In this document: positions 62,401-64,000 of the stretch, piece after piece
How positions within the stretch are numbered: the stretch's first letter is position 1
Layout of the letters: each line of letters starts with the position of its first letter
Assembly (NCBI RefSeq): GCF_902713615.1
Contig: NC_052174.1
Coordinates: 14,068,514-14,132,513 of the forward strand
DNA: 64,000 nucleotides
Reading direction: 5' to 3'
Source: Scyliorhinus canicula
Lineage: Eukaryota
Notes under the pieces: generated by a model
Databases searched by the model: none
Seen by the model: the letters and a program-made list of their open reading frames with translations, nothing else
Told to the model about the DNA's origin: nothing
Program-made: the position numbers and the translations under genes

Positions 62401-63918
62401 TTTGTAATCTGTCCCCATTATCCTTGATGAATGTACCCTAACAGTTTGATTGCCATGTTGCAAAATAATTGCTTTGCCATCTATGCCTTTCCATTCATTA
62501 AAATTGCCTCTCTTATAGTATACTATGCCTCCTTGCTGAAAAACGGTGTTTGATGGCCGTACATTATGTCTTCAAGCTCTGCGTATTCTTTCAGAGACTT
62601 CTGCTTCCAAAAAAGCTTTTCTATGGCTATGCAATGCATTTAAATGTTCAGCAAAAGGCAGAGCTAATTGTAGTCCCTTCCCAAGCTGGAAGCTGGTCAT
62701 CCAAAATGGACGGAATTTTAGGATTTCTACCTAATCTATTTCCTCTTCTGACTCTTCCGTGTCATGTGTCGCTTCAAACGCTATTATAACATGTTGGGAC
62801 AGTTAAAAGCATAATGGTATTGGGAGTCACATTGCAAACATCCATTTATCATGCCCCGTGCATTTCTGGTTCATCTTCCTATTGTAGGTCCTAACTGGGT
62901 TCCTGTCTTCATAATTTCCGGGTCCCGATCTCCTTCTATAGTTTTGCAACGATTTTACCATCCTGTTAGTAGTGTATCTTCCATATTCTGCTCTATAGCA
63001 GGCTGACCTATTTGGGTCACCAGAGCCATCGGAATCGAATGTTTCCCCAGAACCTTTTTAAAGCTCTGTCATCTGATCGAATAAGGTATCCTTATCCGCA
63101 AACTGAACTCCTGTCAAAACCAGGAGCCTATCCATGTTGCTCACTCCAGCACAGTCAAGTAATTTAGAGGCCAACACAGACTATGGAAATTCCAGGTTGT
63201 GTTTCTGCAGCCTTTTATATAGTCTGCCAAATTCCATTATATAGTCATCAATGGAGAATTCCTCTACTTAGTGGAATCTATCAAAATCCGACCATGCTTC
63301 ACACGCACTTAATAAGTCATCCTTCTTATAAATCTTATCCATGAAACCTAACACAGTCTCCACATCTTCTTCTGAGTCTAACTCTTCCAATTCCAGCTCA
63401 GGAAACACTTTGCTCCGGATTTTACTGTCATAAGGTAGAGAAAGAGCCAATGCCATTCCTTGTTTTCTCTTTCCCAAGGCAGTTACCTTAGTCCACATAA
63501 CTACTGCACTTCTCCATTGGTCGTACAATCTCCTTTCAGAAAATAAAGGGGGTAGTCATATCCAGCCATCTTTATCCTAGGTTTGACCATATACCTTTGT
63601 TTTCTTTTGTCTTCTTCTCACTCAAGCCTTGGTTTGATCTGGAAAAGTTGTATCTTTCAACCCTTCACAATTGCACAGCAACCATCCTCCGCTACTATTT
63701 GTTAGACTTTTAGCTGCTGTTGTATAAAGAGTCAAAGGTTCTGCTCCTTTTCCACAAATAACTTTGATTTACTTCAACAGACTCTGCACAAAACTCTAAC
63801 GTCACATCACCCGACCCAAAGGCCACCTGAAGCACCTTTACATAATCAGTGTCAATTATTGGATACTTAACACAAATGAGACAACTAATTGAAATGCCTC
63901 TTAACCCATTACTTAACA
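59435..63918 (-). mobile_element. Degenerate Ty1/Copia LTR retrotransposon (GalEa-like) with both LTRs (63918-63700, 59650-59435)
   Basis: TG..CA LTRs of 219 and 216 bp; 5-bp TSD TGCAA; PBS 63697-63680 matches the tRNA-iMet 3' end 16/18; PPT AAGGGGAGAC; RT motifs KARLVARGFEE, DIKAAFLQG, GLNDASRVWY, MHDDDF; RNase H RLRIDIA; gag remnant 63268-63528. Confidence 0.88.
61350..62355 (+). mobile_element. Solo LTR nested in the Copia element
   Basis: TGTAG...AACA termini; 4-bp TSD CCGT; TATAAAA near 61780; AATAAA near 62138 and 62320. Confidence 0.8.
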
Positions 63919-64000
63919 TGCAAGGGCCTGGCAGATGGGGTTCAATGTGGGTAAATGCGAGGTCATCCATTTTGGTCGGAATAACAGCAAAATGGACCAT

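Larger units (their letters stand above)
58830..64000 (+). mobile_element. CR1 RT fragment split by a second LINE piece (about 59065-59380) and by the Copia insertion
   Basis: GVPQGSVLGP, KFADDTK; the reading continues across the Copia TSD into WQMGFNVGKCEVIHFG. Confidence 0.75.

Noticed and set aside
45312-64000. Linked urotensin II/URP or second somatostatin gene
   Set aside because: No CFWKYC or second FWKT motif was seen in the ORF track or by eye; a very short exon could have been missed.

Overview
Eukaryotic genomic DNA with two 200-N scaffold gaps (13306-13505, 49820-50019). The repeat content suggests a cartilaginous fish, probably a catshark-like shark (inference). Three spliced protein-coding genes can be built by hand with GT-AG introns and consistent phases. 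(1) SLC16A13-like monocarboxylate transporter on the minus strand: 3 exons visible, 5' end lost in the first gap. (2) A complete 9-coding-exon TRIP6 on the plus strand (665 aa; three LIM domains, C-terminal TTDC). (3) A 2-exon preprosomatostatin on the plus strand (104 aa, ending [16 protein letters not shown]) with a TATA/CRE-like/CCAAT promoter; its position beside TRIP6 points to the SS5-type paralogue rather than SS1. The rest is dense, nested mobile DNA: modular tRNA-derived SINEs, CR1/L1/Rex1/Penelope fragments, a Gmr1-order gypsy relic, a two-LTR GalEa-like Copia element with tRNA-iMet PBS and TSD, two solo LTRs, hAT, Mutator/foldback and Harbinger-like MITEs, a 131-bp Penelope-type insert carrying a minimal hammerhead ribozyme, and many minisatellites, several grown from one Deu-SINE seed. 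Most long ORFs in the supplied track are repeat artefacts. All family assignments come from recalled motifs, not database searches.
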